Source: Guillardia theta CCMP2712 (lineage: Eukaryota > Protista > Cryptophyta). Taken from it: 64,000 bases of DNA. The DNA lies in the NCBI RefSeq assembly GCF_000315625.1, contig NW_005434477.1:17317-81316 (forward strand). The letters are read 5' to 3'. Positions 43,101 to 54,839 of the stretch are shown piece after piece (the stretch's first letter is position 1; each line of letters starts with the position of its first letter). The notes under the pieces were generated by a model that saw only the letters and a program-made list of their open reading frames with translations, searched no databases and was not told the origin of the DNA. The position numbers and the translations under genes are program-made.

Positions 43101-44020
43101 AGCACTGAGAACTTGTTGTTGGAGAGGTCCAACGAGTCCATCATGAAAAGCCCTTGAAATGCTCCCGAAGGAAGGGTAGACAAGTGGTTGTCATAGAGGT
43201 CCAACGTCTGTAGGGTCTGCAGCCCTTGGAAAGCTCCAGAGGAGATGCTTGTCAGCTGATTGCTGCAGATGCTGAGACGAAATAAGTAAGTCAGGCCATG
43301 GAAGGCTCCTGCAGCAAGAGATGACAAACGATTGTTGTGCAGCGTCAGCCATTCCAACCTAGAAAGATCATCGAAGACGCTTGACGAGATATTGACAAGT
43401 TGATTGTTCTCAAGAAACAAAAAGTAAAGGCCCTCGAGACCTTTGAATGTGCCTGGAGATAATTCGGCCATGAGATTGTGTTCAAGACAAACAAAACCTA
43501 CGCTTGAAAGGTTGCTGAAGGAATTGTCCGGAAGACGCTCAAGCTGATTGTCTGATAGGCCTAGATACCACAGGCTCGAGAGGCCTCGGAAGATCGTCTC
43601 GGGGATGCTGGTCAACTCATTCTCGTCGAGGTGAAGATACAGCAAACTTGAGAGGCCTGTAAAGATGGTCGCCGGGAGGCTCGCAATCTGGTTTCCTCGG
43701 AGATCCATTGTTTGCAAGTTGATGAGACTGTGAAATTCTCCCCCTTGAAAACTTGTGAGGTAGTTGTATGCGAGAGACAGCTGTCGCAAGCTAATTGTAT
43801 CTTGGAATACCGCTGGTGAGATACTTCGAATCCCTCGGAATCTCAAATCGAGAGAGCTACAGTTGGTCGCGCAGCTCCCGGTCTTGGTCAACTCCCCTCT
43901 GTCTGATACCAAGAACAAGCATCCGCCACAGGGATAGCTCTGACTTGCAGCACACGTGAAATGCGTCAGCAAGATTCCGAGCAGACTAGACAAAACCGAG
44001 TGTGAAGCACCCTTGCACAT
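40151..44020 (-). CDS. Intronless LRR receptor-like membrane protein (signal peptide, ~20 LRRs, Ser/Thr stalk, multi-pass TM domain)
   Basis: Single 1289-aa ORF. 24-aa LRRs (LxxLxLxxNxLxxLPxxxFxGL) with a Cys cap, then a Thr/Ser/Pro-rich stalk. C-terminal ~8 hydrophobic helices begin LILQTQFIAMSDLI…LAGGLRWSNYYF. Confidence 0.9.
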   Translation of the reverse strand: MCKGASHSVLSSLLGILLTHFTCAASQSYPCGGCLFLVSDRGELTKTGSCATNCSSLDLRFRGIRSISPAVFQDTISLRQLSLAYNYLTSFQGGEFHSLINLQTMDLRGNQIASLPATIFTGLSSLLYLHLDENELTSIPETIFRGLSSLWYLGLSDNQLERLPDNSFSNLSSVGFVCLEHNLMAELSPGTFKGLEGLYFLFLENNQLVNISSSVFDDLSRLEWLTLHNNRLSSLAAGAFHGLTYLFRLSICSNQLTSISSGAFQGLQTLQTLDLYDNHLSTLPSGAFQGLFMMDSLDLSNNKFSVLPVDCFADLSALSSLSLDNNFITTLPVHGFQSLTHLKFLSLSNNLLIEVSAGAFQGLVSIQILLLEHNLLTSVQIETLNMTSLVGLGTDSEVLRPLCHQNLERLQALKALYLYKSVGDDDTTLTGCVLTELTQLTNLYLYNFDQLSVHPGMFSRLSSLQVLWIAHNQLQDLPAGTFDGLSNLEELYLIDNRLTEVPATSISNLSQLIELYIINDRITSVPAGAFLHMAHLNMLDLSGNQIANIATGAFYGLSNLNELDLSNNRIVNLQDGSFNGVSMFLEFLDLYDNPVASISSQLGISPYTTILLRGHSLPCYNATWSFEVGEVLAGFTDQRFAHGNVVGHFLLYGYVDETLPECSNELRNLTNAMIDEQMSTEHTSLQPSTTPLSTSTTSTISTKPPTSSTTVEASAATSTISARSTSTITRVITTTQTPSLVAHVTTVASPTTSNLPYGSQTGSVVSTASKVMTPVSVPAAHTAVSSRVITTPPPPPPQTQRPVAATTTPLPTRASNSSLTPETVSVVTKVITTSTVMATTSIVTSAMVSTALPALSSVSGATASASVSASTSATTSATSSASTGRSASLALSLILQTQFIAMSDLIAGGARTEEITSLAGGLRWSNYYFFSFFPDVKEEGSCGNAMRSDNELLSTFVACLLSLLFSALFRVHLSYLYVLWKRIRSDEEVLTTPFLSWELPVAITQIQGLSLAAALAMTSGCTVYVVFGYVALLAVLAEFTFMTYFTCGYDSKILWKERTQKQALSEAKTAVKQASATSLFAAAASMSTLFARGEWTVDEAAERHLESWLYMKRFGVLLEEVCKHAWWYGLYSVGMRIVYSLATSLLAFTDILRTLSMSVFMAVDLILLLLFSPQIDRLAWLSHIAAATGNMGICLSFLLSSFGRIETAGLNNLYVTFLIVSIAPMILVSLVGDATKLFGAISTMSRKRKQGMRVAHAGEDAKVEAATMEEARRKSSHTLHVIITEDRTS

Positions 44021-44099
44021 TGTTGTCTTATCCTCTGAAACGCCTCAAGGCGCTGTATCTTGACACGCTGTGCATGTAGACAGCGAGAGAAGTCGAAGG

Positions 44100-44488
44100 A
44101 GAGGAGAAGAAAGGTGTCGGGAAGGAGAGGGAGAAGAAAGGTGTCGGGAAGGAGAGGGAGAAGGAAGGTGTCGGGAAGGAGAAGGAGAAGGAAGGTGTTG
44201 GGAAGGAGAGGGAGAAGGAAGGTGTTGGGAAGGAGAAGGAGAAGGATGGTGTCGGGAAGGAGAGGGAGAAGGAAGGTGTCGGGAAGGAGAAGGAGAAGGA
44301 TGGTGTCGGGAAGGAGAAGGAGAAGGAAGGTGTCGGGAAGGAGAAGGAGAAGGAAGGTTCCGGGAAGACAGAGAGGGAGAAGGAAGGTGTCGGGAAGACA
44401 GAGAAGGGGAAGGAAGGTGTCGGGAAGACAGAGAGGGAGAAGGAAGGTGTTGGGAAGGAGAGGGAGAAGGAAGGTGTTGGGAAGGAGC
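44100..44488. repeat. Purine-rich 27-30 bp minisatellite (AAGGTGTCGGGAAGGAGAGGGAGAAGG variants)
   Basis: About 14 tandem units starting ~80 bp upstream of the LRR ATG. Confidence 0.9.
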
Positions 44489-44539
44489 ACGAGTGTTTGT
44501 GTTACAAGTCCCTCACGTCACGCCTTTGCTCACCAGGCG

Positions 44540-45430
44540 CAAGGAGTACCCCACCCCCACAAGCCTCCGGGTCTAGTACCCCACCAGATTTCTTATCGTC
44601 AACTTAGGGTCGATGTGACCCCTGGTAGAGTACCCCTCAATAACCCCCTGCCACCCGGCCCGTGACAAAAAATGACCGTGAAGTTTACACCTCCAATGGT
44701 TGACTAGGCCTGACCCCTTCAAGGAGTTCGGCGACTCGAACTTGCTCGGGCCCGGGCCCGGGCCACCGTCGGTCAGGCCGGGCCGGCTTCCACCGTGATT
44801 CAATGATGCGGTAGCCCCGCAGCACGGTACCGTGACTACGGTATGCCGCTAAGTTAGTTAGTACTAGTATCTTTGAGTAAAGAACTTCGCCGCGCCCGCG
44901 CCGCACCGTGGCAGGCGATTTGGCCCGGCACTGAGAGCCCGGCGCCCGGTTGAAGAGAAAAAACCGTGCGGCCCGGGCCCTGTGAGCGAACCACTCACTG
45001 CTCCGAGCGGCTAAGTTCAATCGGATCCGATGAACCCGGGCGGCCCGCCGGGCGGCGGCCGGGCCCGACCCCCCGGCCCGGGGAGCCCGGCCCGGGGCTG
45101 GCCGGGCATCGTACCACTCAGTGTCCCGGCGATGCGGCGCTGACCCATGTCATCATAGACGGTACCCACCCCTCCTTCAAACACCAACCACCCCTAGCTG
45201 TCATACCCTTGCCGTAGTGAATTGATGGGGTGCTGTGAAGTCCATAATCGCTACACCTCCTACCCCTACCCTATAAGTCACTACCCCTATACCTACCTTC
45301 TAAAGCACCCCATCCGCCCCACTGGTCCTGTCTCACGAAGTCCACCCCACCATGTCTACTAGAAGTTTAACATCGCTACACCCCTCAAGTAAAAAGTTTG
45401 AGGACTGAGGTGGTAGGGGTAGTGACCCCC
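44540..45430. other. Composite island: TACCCC block / CCGG-GGCC core (44740-45140) / TACCCC block
   Basis: Sandwich arrangement between divergent LRR and ANTH genes. Perfect palindrome CACGGTACCGTG at ~44823. Confidence 0.6.
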
Positions 45431-46129
45431 AGTTTCTTTCTCGGACGCAAAGGTACCGGTCCTCTTGCTCCCCCGCCACAAACCCCGCCATGAGCAGCCG
45501 CGGAGAGGAGAGCGGGAGCAGGCGATGCGCAGAGTCGATGAAGAAATGGATGAGGCAAGAAGCAAGCAGATCCAGATCAGACACGTAGAGTACATGGCAC
45601 CGTTGCAGAGCGCCCATGAAGACTGTAATATGAGTGAGAAATCAGGGAGGGTTGGGAGGGAGAGCAAGCAAGGACAGCATCAGGGATGAAGACATGGAGG
45701 AAGCCAAGAGGAGAATGCGATCATGCAAGTGAATAGTACGAACATCATGATGTGCTAGAGGTGGAGTGTAATGAGTCCAGAAAGGGGTCGATGAATTACA
45801 ACCGCAGGAGAAATTTATTGCCAAATCCGAGATATTCTGGTTGGGGAAACGAGAAGGCGTATGATCGGAGGGAAGGAGATAGAGGAATAGAATTTATTAG
45901 AGAGAAGTTTTTGTTAATTGATGTCGTTGGCAAAAAGTTGGTTGAGAATGATAGAGCAAAACGATCGATTTCAATGTATTTGAAAGCGGCGAACTTTCAC
46001 CAAAAGTAATTTCAACATGTCGAGATCGTCTCGGTGAAGCATATGGAGCAGATTGGACTCTGAGATATGCAAAATAGATTCATCTTGCTTTTTGAGTTTA
46101 ATGAAAGCTTCTTGTAGTTGGTGCCAAAC

Positions 46130-49100
46130 ATGGATCATCACTACACTGGAACCAAGACAGTCTCTGGGGCTCTTCACAAAGTGAACAAAGAATTCAAGAA
46201 AGTCAGCAAGTCGTTAACTAGGTTCAGTCTGATTCTTTCGGTGTGCCTAAATTGATGTTGAAAACACTTGAACAGTGATGATACCTTCCGAAGCTTTATG
46301 GATAAAACCACAAGCGCTCTCACCTTTGATGGCGTGAAGAAGGTACGACTGGGGTGCCGCTATCCTCTCCACTTCGTGCACACTGATCTAGAAGAATGTT
46401 TGACTGTTGTTTCTATGAAAGGCTATTCTCAAAGCAACAAGTTTCGAGCATGGTCCTCCAAAAGAAAAACATGTCCAGGTTCCCATTGGATCCCGGTTTT
46501 GTGACCGGTCTGAATCGTTGTGCTGTAGACTCTGATACAGGAGTGCCAATATAACAATTCCCCGGAATTGCTTCAGGAGGTGAAGTCGATTTGTGTGCTT
46601 TTCCCTCCAGTGTTTAAGTTTTCGTTGGGAAGCTTGCCGGCAGATTGCATAACAAAGATGCCACGGTGACCTCTGAGTTGGGTGGTTTCAAGAACCCTGA
46701 ATTTCTGGTAGGTTGTACTCAAAGCTTTGATGGTCTTTCATCGTCTTCTCTCGGACTCTCCCAGGTATTTGTTCAACAAGGCTCTCCATGCACGTGGAAG
46801 TGTAAATCGATTGCAGATCTGCCAACATGTACAAGGCCTGTTACTCCCTGCGAAATGAGGTAAAGTAGACATCAAGCTGCAAGCATTTCCTTTCATCCGC
46901 TTTCTCGCAGTTCAACGTTAGAAGATTCTTGGATGAATCCACCCACGAGAGCATGCAAGCTTCAAGGTTTCTTGCTATCCCATGCTTTCTGTTGTGCTTA
47001 TTCGACGTGTAAGAATGGTTCGGCACTATGCTTTGTACTTGGAAGAAAAGATCCACGCTTTTAAGAAAACCAGATTTGACTACGAGCGTGTAAGTCATTC
47101 TGAATGCAATTTTGTAACAGCTTGCTGACAGTCTTTGTCTTGACAGCACTCATCAGACTCTTCAGAGCATATTGACAGCGTAATTCAATTCGATAATAGT
47201 GTTGAACTGATCATGACTGTGGTGTTTTACAGCTTTCCACGGAGCAGTTGATCATCGATGTAGAAGCCATGATGCTTCTTCTGGATGCCGGCTATAGGTT
47301 AAGCTTTGGGTGTATTGATTTGAATCTCAGACCTTAGCAGCTGCTCGTTCCGTGAAAATTCCGTAGTCCACCCTACATCCATCGCAGCATTTTCGATTGT
47401 GTTCAAGGTGTGTAATTGAACTGAAAGGATGCACATTTGTCACATGAATGACTGCTTGGGGTAGGATGTGAGGGTTCTCTATCAGAGCCTGAACAAAGCT
47501 ATTCTCCGTCTTCTTGACAACTACTTTGAGTTACCGAAGGTGTGTCGGACGCATCGTTTTGAAAATGCAGATGGTAACTTGTGTTTCAGGCGATTGCGGA
47601 GAAAATTTTGACTCTGTACAAGATGTTTCTGGACCACAACAAGAAGGTTGTGACGAATTCCCCTACTGAACATGTCGATTGAGTTGGATCTACTAGATCA
47701 GCAATGTCTTCGATGATGCTCGAGAATTGCTTGGACATGAAAAAGTCGAGCTGAGGTGAGCATGCTGGAGAGTGGAGTATACGAGGCGGTTTAAATTTGC
47801 AATATGCAGCGTTCCTCCTGAATCATTCCTGGAGTCTTTGGAGAAGTACTTGGAGGTATTGTGAAATACTTATTGATGCTATTCCATTAACAAGTGCCCG
47901 CTAGAACGACGACTTCACGCCTTCGCAAAAAGACAGGGCTGTCTTGGAGGTAGTTGGACCTGTCCCCGAAAGCTTGGCATCTTACTTGTATTTTTATAGG
48001 ACGTGACGAATGCTCCAGTATGGAATTTTCCTCCATGTTGCGCACCAAGTAGGGTAGAGTTGACTTTGTTCCAAGATTATCCAGCTTGAAGATCTTATCG
48101 GAGAAGTGGGAAACCTGAATGTTGACAACGGAGTAAGTGTGAATGTGGAGATCCAAAAGGTGTTTGACATCATAGTAGGGAACCAAGAAGGACGTTCTCG
48201 AAGACATTTTTGGAAGTCCATCGAGTGCTCCACAGGCATGAAATTCTGTTTCTCTCGTATTTTTGTGATCTCAGTACTGAAAGTGCGCCTCAGATGTCAC
48301 CTCCCTTACAATCTACAAACATGGGGGCCTCCGGGTAAATTTCTCGTCCTTGTGTTGAAGCCTTGTGATCGCTATGTTAGAATGCCTGCTGCATCGATGC
48401 AGAGCAACTTCGGACAGAACGCCATGACATCCTTCAGCCCGAGGTGTTTGATGTCTCCTTTTTCCTTTGAAGTTAATCATCTCAATTCAAGTGATCCATT
48501 CGGTTCTGGACCGGCTCAGAGCCTTCTTGACATGCCGAGTGGAAACAATGACTTCGGGGCGAATCCGTTCTCAGACAACCAAAATCCATTCGCCTCAAAC
48601 CAGAACGATGCTAGTGGATTGTTTGGAAACAGCATGCCGGCGGCGTCAAATTTTGGTTTGAATTGCATTTCTCTTTTGTTTCTCATTAACAATCTTCGGT
48701 TTTGCAGGTATGATGGGGAACAACATGGGTATGGGTTCAAGTGCGACTTACTCTAATGCTAACATGAATATGAATTCTAACATGGGAATGAATACTGGTA
48801 TGGGCATGAGCGGTAACATGGGCATGGGAATGGGCATGAGCAACATGGGCGGCAACATGGGCATGAATCAAGGAATGGGAATGAATCAGGCCATGAGCAT
48901 GAATCAAGGAATGGGCATGGGTATGAATAGCGGGATGGGCATGGGGATGGGCATGGGTATGAACAATGGCATGGGTATGGGAATGAATAGCGGGATGGGC
49001 ATGGGCATGGGCATGGGCATGGGTGGCGGCAATATGGGCATGGGCATGGGAGGCAATGCAGGAGCCAGCATGATGAACTCCGGCATGGGAATGATGAATC

Positions 49101-49516
49101 AAGGTAAGCATCAGCTGAGAGTGCTTGCCTAAAGGATTTTTTAGGAGTCCAAGGCAACATGGGCATGAACCAAGGCATGGGTATGGGCATGGTAGAGCGT
49201 TGCTTGCTCAGGTAGCAGATGTTTGACAGCTCCCTTCGCAGGGAAACCTCGCAACGGTCTCTCCTATGGGGCTGCAAGGAGGAAATTCGATGCAGTCACG
49301 GTGAGCGCTCGTCTCTCTTGCATCTTGTTTGACATGTCGCAGGCCCAAGCTAGGCCCCAGACCCGGAGAGACTATGCCGACCCCCGAGGTGTCGAGTGAC
49401 AGTCTGGTGCGAGAGACGTGCATGTGCGTTTCAAGCCGTTGACTTGATGATGTCAGGGCGGGCTGGGTGAACTCGTTGGAGGGATGATGAACTCAGCCAA
49501 GACACAGAAGAAGTGA
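46130..49516 (+). CDS. ANTH-domain clathrin assembly protein (AP180/PICALM-like), many exons
   Basis: AILKATSFEHGPPKEKHVQ, YLEEKIHAFKKTRFDYER, DVRVLYQSLNKAILRLLDNYFEL and PPESFLESLEKYL. DPF/NPF motifs (DPFGSG, NPFSDNQNPF) followed by a Met/Gly/Asn-rich tail. Start uncertain. Confidence 0.85.
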
Positions 49517-49629
49517 AGCAGAAGTCGATGAGCCTCCTAGCGGAGGGGACGATCCTTTTTTCTTTCTTTTTCCTTTATCGTTTCTTAAAGACTTGAACAT
49601 GACAAGCGTGTAAGTTGGTCGAGGTTGTC

Positions 49630-51690
49630 TTATGCTTTGGCTGCCATCAGGAGATGGGCCGAGCAATCTTTCCGCGGTAGGAGGAGCGAGCTCTCTATGG
49701 ACCAGCCTTGGTTTTCTTCACTGAAAGTTTCGACTGAACTGGTGTGAACGTCAGCAGGAGCAGCTTGAGAGCACGTTGATATACCCCGTGGCAATCTCAT
49801 TATCGCAGGTTCCACCGACAATGTACAAGATGCCATTGCGAACAACAGCAGCATGTCCGCTCCTGGACGCCAGCACAGGGAGACGAGGGCAGGGAAGTGA
49901 AGTGAGTGTGGGAGATCCAAAGAGAGGCTGATGTACCTTGCTCTTCGGAGCGGCGGCTCTACTCTCCACTTCCCATCTTTGGGACAGTAACTCTCCACAG
50001 TATCAGTAGGAGCGGCGACGTTTGGCTGCCCTTCTCGCGTGTCCAGTCGGAGTCCTCCGACGACGAAGATTCTCTCACCGAGGACAGTGGCTGAGGTGGA
50101 CGAGTCAGTCTTGCCTTCCCTCCTCCTCGCAGCTTCCTGTGAAAGAGCATCTTGGTGACGTCATCGGGACCTCCTCCTACATCGCCGTCATGCTCCCCTG
50201 CTGACTTCCTCTCATTGCCTGCCAGACGTCGTTCTTGGGATCGAAACTGACGACAGAGCTCAGCATGTTGTTCTTGCTCTGCTCGTTCGTCATAGCAGGC
50301 ATGTTGACTTGCTGATGACCTTTCCGCCGAAAACGAATATTCTCCCATTGAAACATGTCTGGCATGCCAACTTAGAGGAGGAGGGGGGAGGAGGGAGGGA
50401 GGGGGGAGGGGGAGGAGGGAGGAGGAGGAGGAGGGAGGGAGGGGGGAGGAGGGAGGAAGGGAGGGGGANNNNNNNNNNNNNNNNNNNNNNNNNNNNNNNN
50501 NNNNNNNNNNNNNNNNNNNNNNNNNNNNNNNNNNNNNNNNNNNNNNNNNNNNNNNNNNNNNNNNNNNNTTGTACAGGTTGAGAGGCAGGATATGAGGGAG
50601 GAGGAGGTAGGAGGACCAAGTGTAGGGAAAAAGGAGTCGGAAGGAGGGTTATGGGGAGGACTGGGGAGGAGCGAAGGGGAGGGGAGGAGGGTAAGGCTAT
50701 GAGATGATTGATAGCAAGGATCTTTCTGATATGTTCACCTCCAAGTAGATTCTGGCCGCCTGCAACGATCAAAGTCCCGTTGACGACCACCCCTGAAAGC
50801 ACATGAAACCTCAGTAAGGAGAGAAGGAGAGGAGGAGAAGGTGGTCATGTGGACCAGAGATGCTCTTCTGGACCTGCGTGCAACGTCCTGGGTCCCAACA
50901 TGAGCGACGGAGCTCGCTCCCATGCCAACAGCATGTCGCCCCCGACGTCCTTCCTTCTCTTCACCATACACTCGCACGTTAGAGTCGCTTTCTGCGCCAC
51001 CTGAGAGTCAGCACAGGGAACCTCAAGGATATGCTTCACCTCAAGGGACCTCCTCTCCTCTACCAACGGTTCTGCTGGGTACTCTGCTGGGTGCTCTTCT
51101 GGGTTCTCGGCCACTTGCGTTCGGTTGCTCACGGTCGATCCTCCAACTACAAGGACGACGTTGTCCTGACGCCCTGATCGACCCTAAGCACACCCTCCTC
51201 GTCCTCCTCATACACAACCAGCGCCTGTGGTCCCATACGCCTCATGCAGAAAGCTCGACCAGACTGCAGGCTTGATATGTGGTCAAAGATTGCGAGAACA
51301 GGAAACTTGAAGCAGGGGAACAGCAGAGACGACCAATAAGAAAACAAAGAGCGGGAGATCCGCTACATACCTTGAGCTTGTGTGCAAGGTGTGATAGGGT
51401 AGAGGAGTCAAGTATAGCAGGTGTTGAAAGAGAAAGCCCCCCGAATGCAAAAACGAGAAGGAAAGTGAAGTCGTGAGGGGAGAAGAAAGTCATTGAAGTG
51501 TGTTCGTGGTCGCCAGGAATGAAGAGATCAACACGAGATTGGGGGAGGGCGTGACAAGGGAGGATCGAACCAGCAACGAGATGGAGGGGACGGTTAGGGA
51601 GGAGGGCGTGAGAAGGGAGGATCGAACCAGCAACGAGATGGAGGGGAGGGGTCAGGAAGAAGGCGGGGAGCCAGGGAGGACGGCCGCATG
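49630..51690 (-). CDS. Kelch-repeat protein, multi-exon (spans assembly gap)
   Basis: GTLIVAGG, GRIFVFGG, VVSFDPKNDVWQ, ESYCPKDGKWRVEPPL and RSGHAAVVRNGILYIVGG are Kelch GG/Y/W motifs. Ends uncertain. Confidence 0.75.
50469..50568. other. Assembly gap (100 N)
   Basis: Run of N next to a G/A-rich intronic tract. Confidence 1.
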
Positions 51691-52429
51691 CTGGGCGTCG
51701 AGCTCGTAGCGACCGGTCTCATTGGCTTTCACTTAACCCTCATCCCCACTCAGAGGCTCGGGCCCCCGGGCCGGCACGACCGGAATATCACTCAGCAGGA
51801 GGACACAAAGGGTTGCTCGGGTTTGAGGCTCACGGTGGACCGTTACAAGATCGGGGGGATATGAAACGGTCACGAGTCAAGACAGGCACAGATAAGTCAC
51901 TTTGACATGCTGAGTTTGCCAGGTGCCTCCTTGCACCACCCTACCTACCTTTTCTCAGAGGATTCGTAGGAAGGTGTACCGGTACAGAAAGCTTGCTTTG
52001 TAGCAGAGGTCCGTCTTCAAGTTTGGGGTCCGTGGAGGGAGGAAACTTGGAAAGAAGAACAAACCAGTCTGAAGTGAAGGATGGATCAAGGTAGAGGAGG
52101 AGGATAGACTGAGAGAGTAAGGTAGAGGAGGAGGATAGACTGAGAGAGTAAGGAAGAGGAGGAGGATAGACTGAGAGAGCCTTGTCAATGTTGCCACGGA
52201 CATGAGCAGGATCGATGGCCGTGAAACATTGTAAGACAAGCTGTGACCAAGTTGGTACCTTTCATGTTTCACTGCAGAGACAGTCATTTCACAATGAAAC
52301 ACACAACAAACAGGCCCAAGAGAGAGTTGCCTAACAAGAGAAAGGGCGAGGAACTTGTGGACTATGGCCTGTTCTGACTGTTTTCTGCAGAAAGCAAAAC
52401 GATGATAGAGGAATTCTTAGTAGGATGCG

Positions 52430-53570
52430 GTGCACTATGCCAATCTAATCGATCACAAGTCACCAGAAACAACAAGTCGCTAGTTAATGACAAAATTCTG
52501 CCCGTCCGACCTCGTGCCACTGCTCCAACACTGGCAGTACCTTCAGCACGTCTGATGCGGATTGCTTTCACTTCCGAGTGGAGCAGCCAACCATGACAGG
52601 AGCAAGGTCCCTCACCCATGCTAGAGCTGTTACAGGCAAGGACCCCTGGAAGATCGATCAGTACGCTCATCCCTCCTCGCTCTTCTCATCTCTCTTACTC
52701 GATGCGCTGTCAGGGTGTGGAAGCATTACAACAGGAGCAACGATACCCTTGAGGAGATGACGGCGCGTCTCAACCAGCTCTCAGACTTGAGCTGCTCCCA
52801 GCGCCAGGTCGATGACTGTAAGGTTCAGGTACACGGTAAGCATGCGTCAGCATATCCGACTGACTTCGACCAACTTCAAGATGCTGGAGCAGCGAGAGCG
52901 CATGGCGTTCCTCCGACAGACCATCATCAACCGCAACGCGAGTGTCTTGTCGGAGCAAGTCAAGCTGAAGCCCAAGATGTGAGTCCGAAACCCTGCCATG
53001 TAATCGATTGGTTGCATGACCGGAAGCGTGTGTAGGAGGAGCTTCGAGGTCGAAGAGGTCAAGGAGATCCGAGGCAAGGAGAAGGAGATACAGGATGTCA
53101 TGCAGGACATCATTGTTCTCGCCAAGAGACTCGAGCAAACTGAGGATGAGGGTGAAGTCTGACCCTTTGTCTGCGCCCATCACAAGTGCATCCTCGCGCT
53201 TCTGTCTGGTGCCTAGTCATCTTGCCTAACGGCTTCCTTGCTGCCGGGTCAAATGCTCATTCTAAGATTGTATGACTTTTTTCTTTGACAGAACTAAGAT
53301 GTCAATTGACGAAGGATATTCACTTCAAGTCGGACAACGTCTCTCAGGTAGCAGTCAAACCAACTTGTCAATGCGCTCGAGGGAGCTGAGACTGCCTGTT
53401 GGCAGCTGCAGAACGAGATCAACTGGTTGAGGGAAGCCATCGATGCCAAGGCTGCCCGCATTCAGCGCCAACCTTGTCTTAGGATGGTTTGACCAGCGTC
53501 ATGGTTGGGTGCGCCGGGTCCCGGGCCCTGATGGGTTCGAGTTAGCCGTGCCAGCGTAAGAGAGCGCTGA
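52430..53570 (+). CDS. Hypothetical coiled-coil protein, multi-exon
   Basis: Exons VWKHYNRSNDTLEEMTARLNQL, MLEQRERMAFLRQTIINRN, EVKEIRGKEKEIQDVMQDIIVLAKRLEQ and LQNEINWLREAIDAK, with short GT-AG introns. Confidence 0.45.
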
Positions 53571-54839
53571 GCTAACAAGAGGACTCGGACGAGACTGGAC
53601 TGAGTGGAGAAAAGATGCTTGGGGCATGTCTAGATGGTTGAATGCACATCCCAGTACTACTTTCTATCTTTCTTGTACTCTTCAACTAATTTTTCTTGTG
53701 CGTTTTAACTCGATTGTGATCAAACCCAATGATAATGCCTGCAGTGCTGATTACTTCAGCCTCATGGCAACGTGTCATCTCCGATCTATGGTAACTTGTG
53801 CTCCGTCGGTCATGGGCTCAGTCCGCCGTGCGTCCCGCCTCTTCCTCTGTCACATGCCCCCGTCTTCGAAGTTACTCCCGTCGCTCCTGGAATCTTCGTG
53901 ACATCGTCCACGTCGTCAAGTCGCCCGGCCGCTCCCTCCTTGTCTTGGTCATACTCGTGCTTGCTGTCACGTGACCGAATATCGGGCCTTGACTGCTATG
54001 CATGATGGTGGTGAATCAAATCTTCCGGACTTGTTCAGAGCGCTGAATCGCCTGCTGCCAGGCTGAGCTCTGCGGCTCGTCTCGCCCATCCCGGCCATCA
54101 CTGTATTTTTAAGGCAACAATATTGTAGATTGAATTAGGTATACTGAAGGTCTGTGGGTAGGCTACATGTCTTCAAAGAGTGAAAAAGAAATTTCCGAGC
54201 TCCCACGTGTATCCTCACTTTACTGATATATGTCACAGGCTGTCAAGCTGGCAGGATCTCCTATCCTCAACCAGGCCTTGGCCTCCAACTCTCCGTAACA
54301 AATTTGAAGGTTCTCTCCTAAACACCCGTGACCGACGGACAGTGGGCGGTGCGGCAGTCCGATCGTTCTGCCCAGCCTCTCAACTTAGTAAAGTTTCCAC
54401 GAGAACCCGGAGGCTTCGCTACGGACGTGTCAAAGATTCTCTCAGCCGGTATCATGGGCTCCTCTCTAAGTGAAAGTCACAGTTTCAGTGCCGGACCTCC
54501 GCCGAGCCGAAATCCTGACTCAGTGCAGTGCGGCAGTGCCGTCACAGCCGCCGGAGGCCGCGTTAAGTTAGGCCTTTACCTAACCGTGGCAACGTCGGAG
54601 TCCAATCGTTCTAGTTGCCGTCGCTCCCCCAGGCTCCCCCACTCACTGACTCCGCACCAGCAGGGGTCGTCTTTTACTCAAAGTTAAGTTAAAAATCAGT
54701 ACGAGGACAATCAGGAGAGTCGAGGAGGCTTGACCCTGACACTGTCGCACAGGCCAAACGGCGAGAAGAGAAAAGACAGCGAGAACCAAACCCAATCCTG
54801 CCGACTGCTGTCGGCCCCCAAACTTAACTGATACCTTCA

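Noticed and set aside
44060-44665. Protamine-like Arg-rich ORF (and EGEG/LLPDTF ORFs in other frames)
   Set aside because: All are translations of the 27-30 bp minisatellite, open in several frames only because the unit lacks stops.
48737-49277. Cys-Pro-rich / His-Ala-rich metallothionein-like ORFs on the minus strand
   Set aside because: Antisense shadows of the Met-Gly tract of the ANTH gene.
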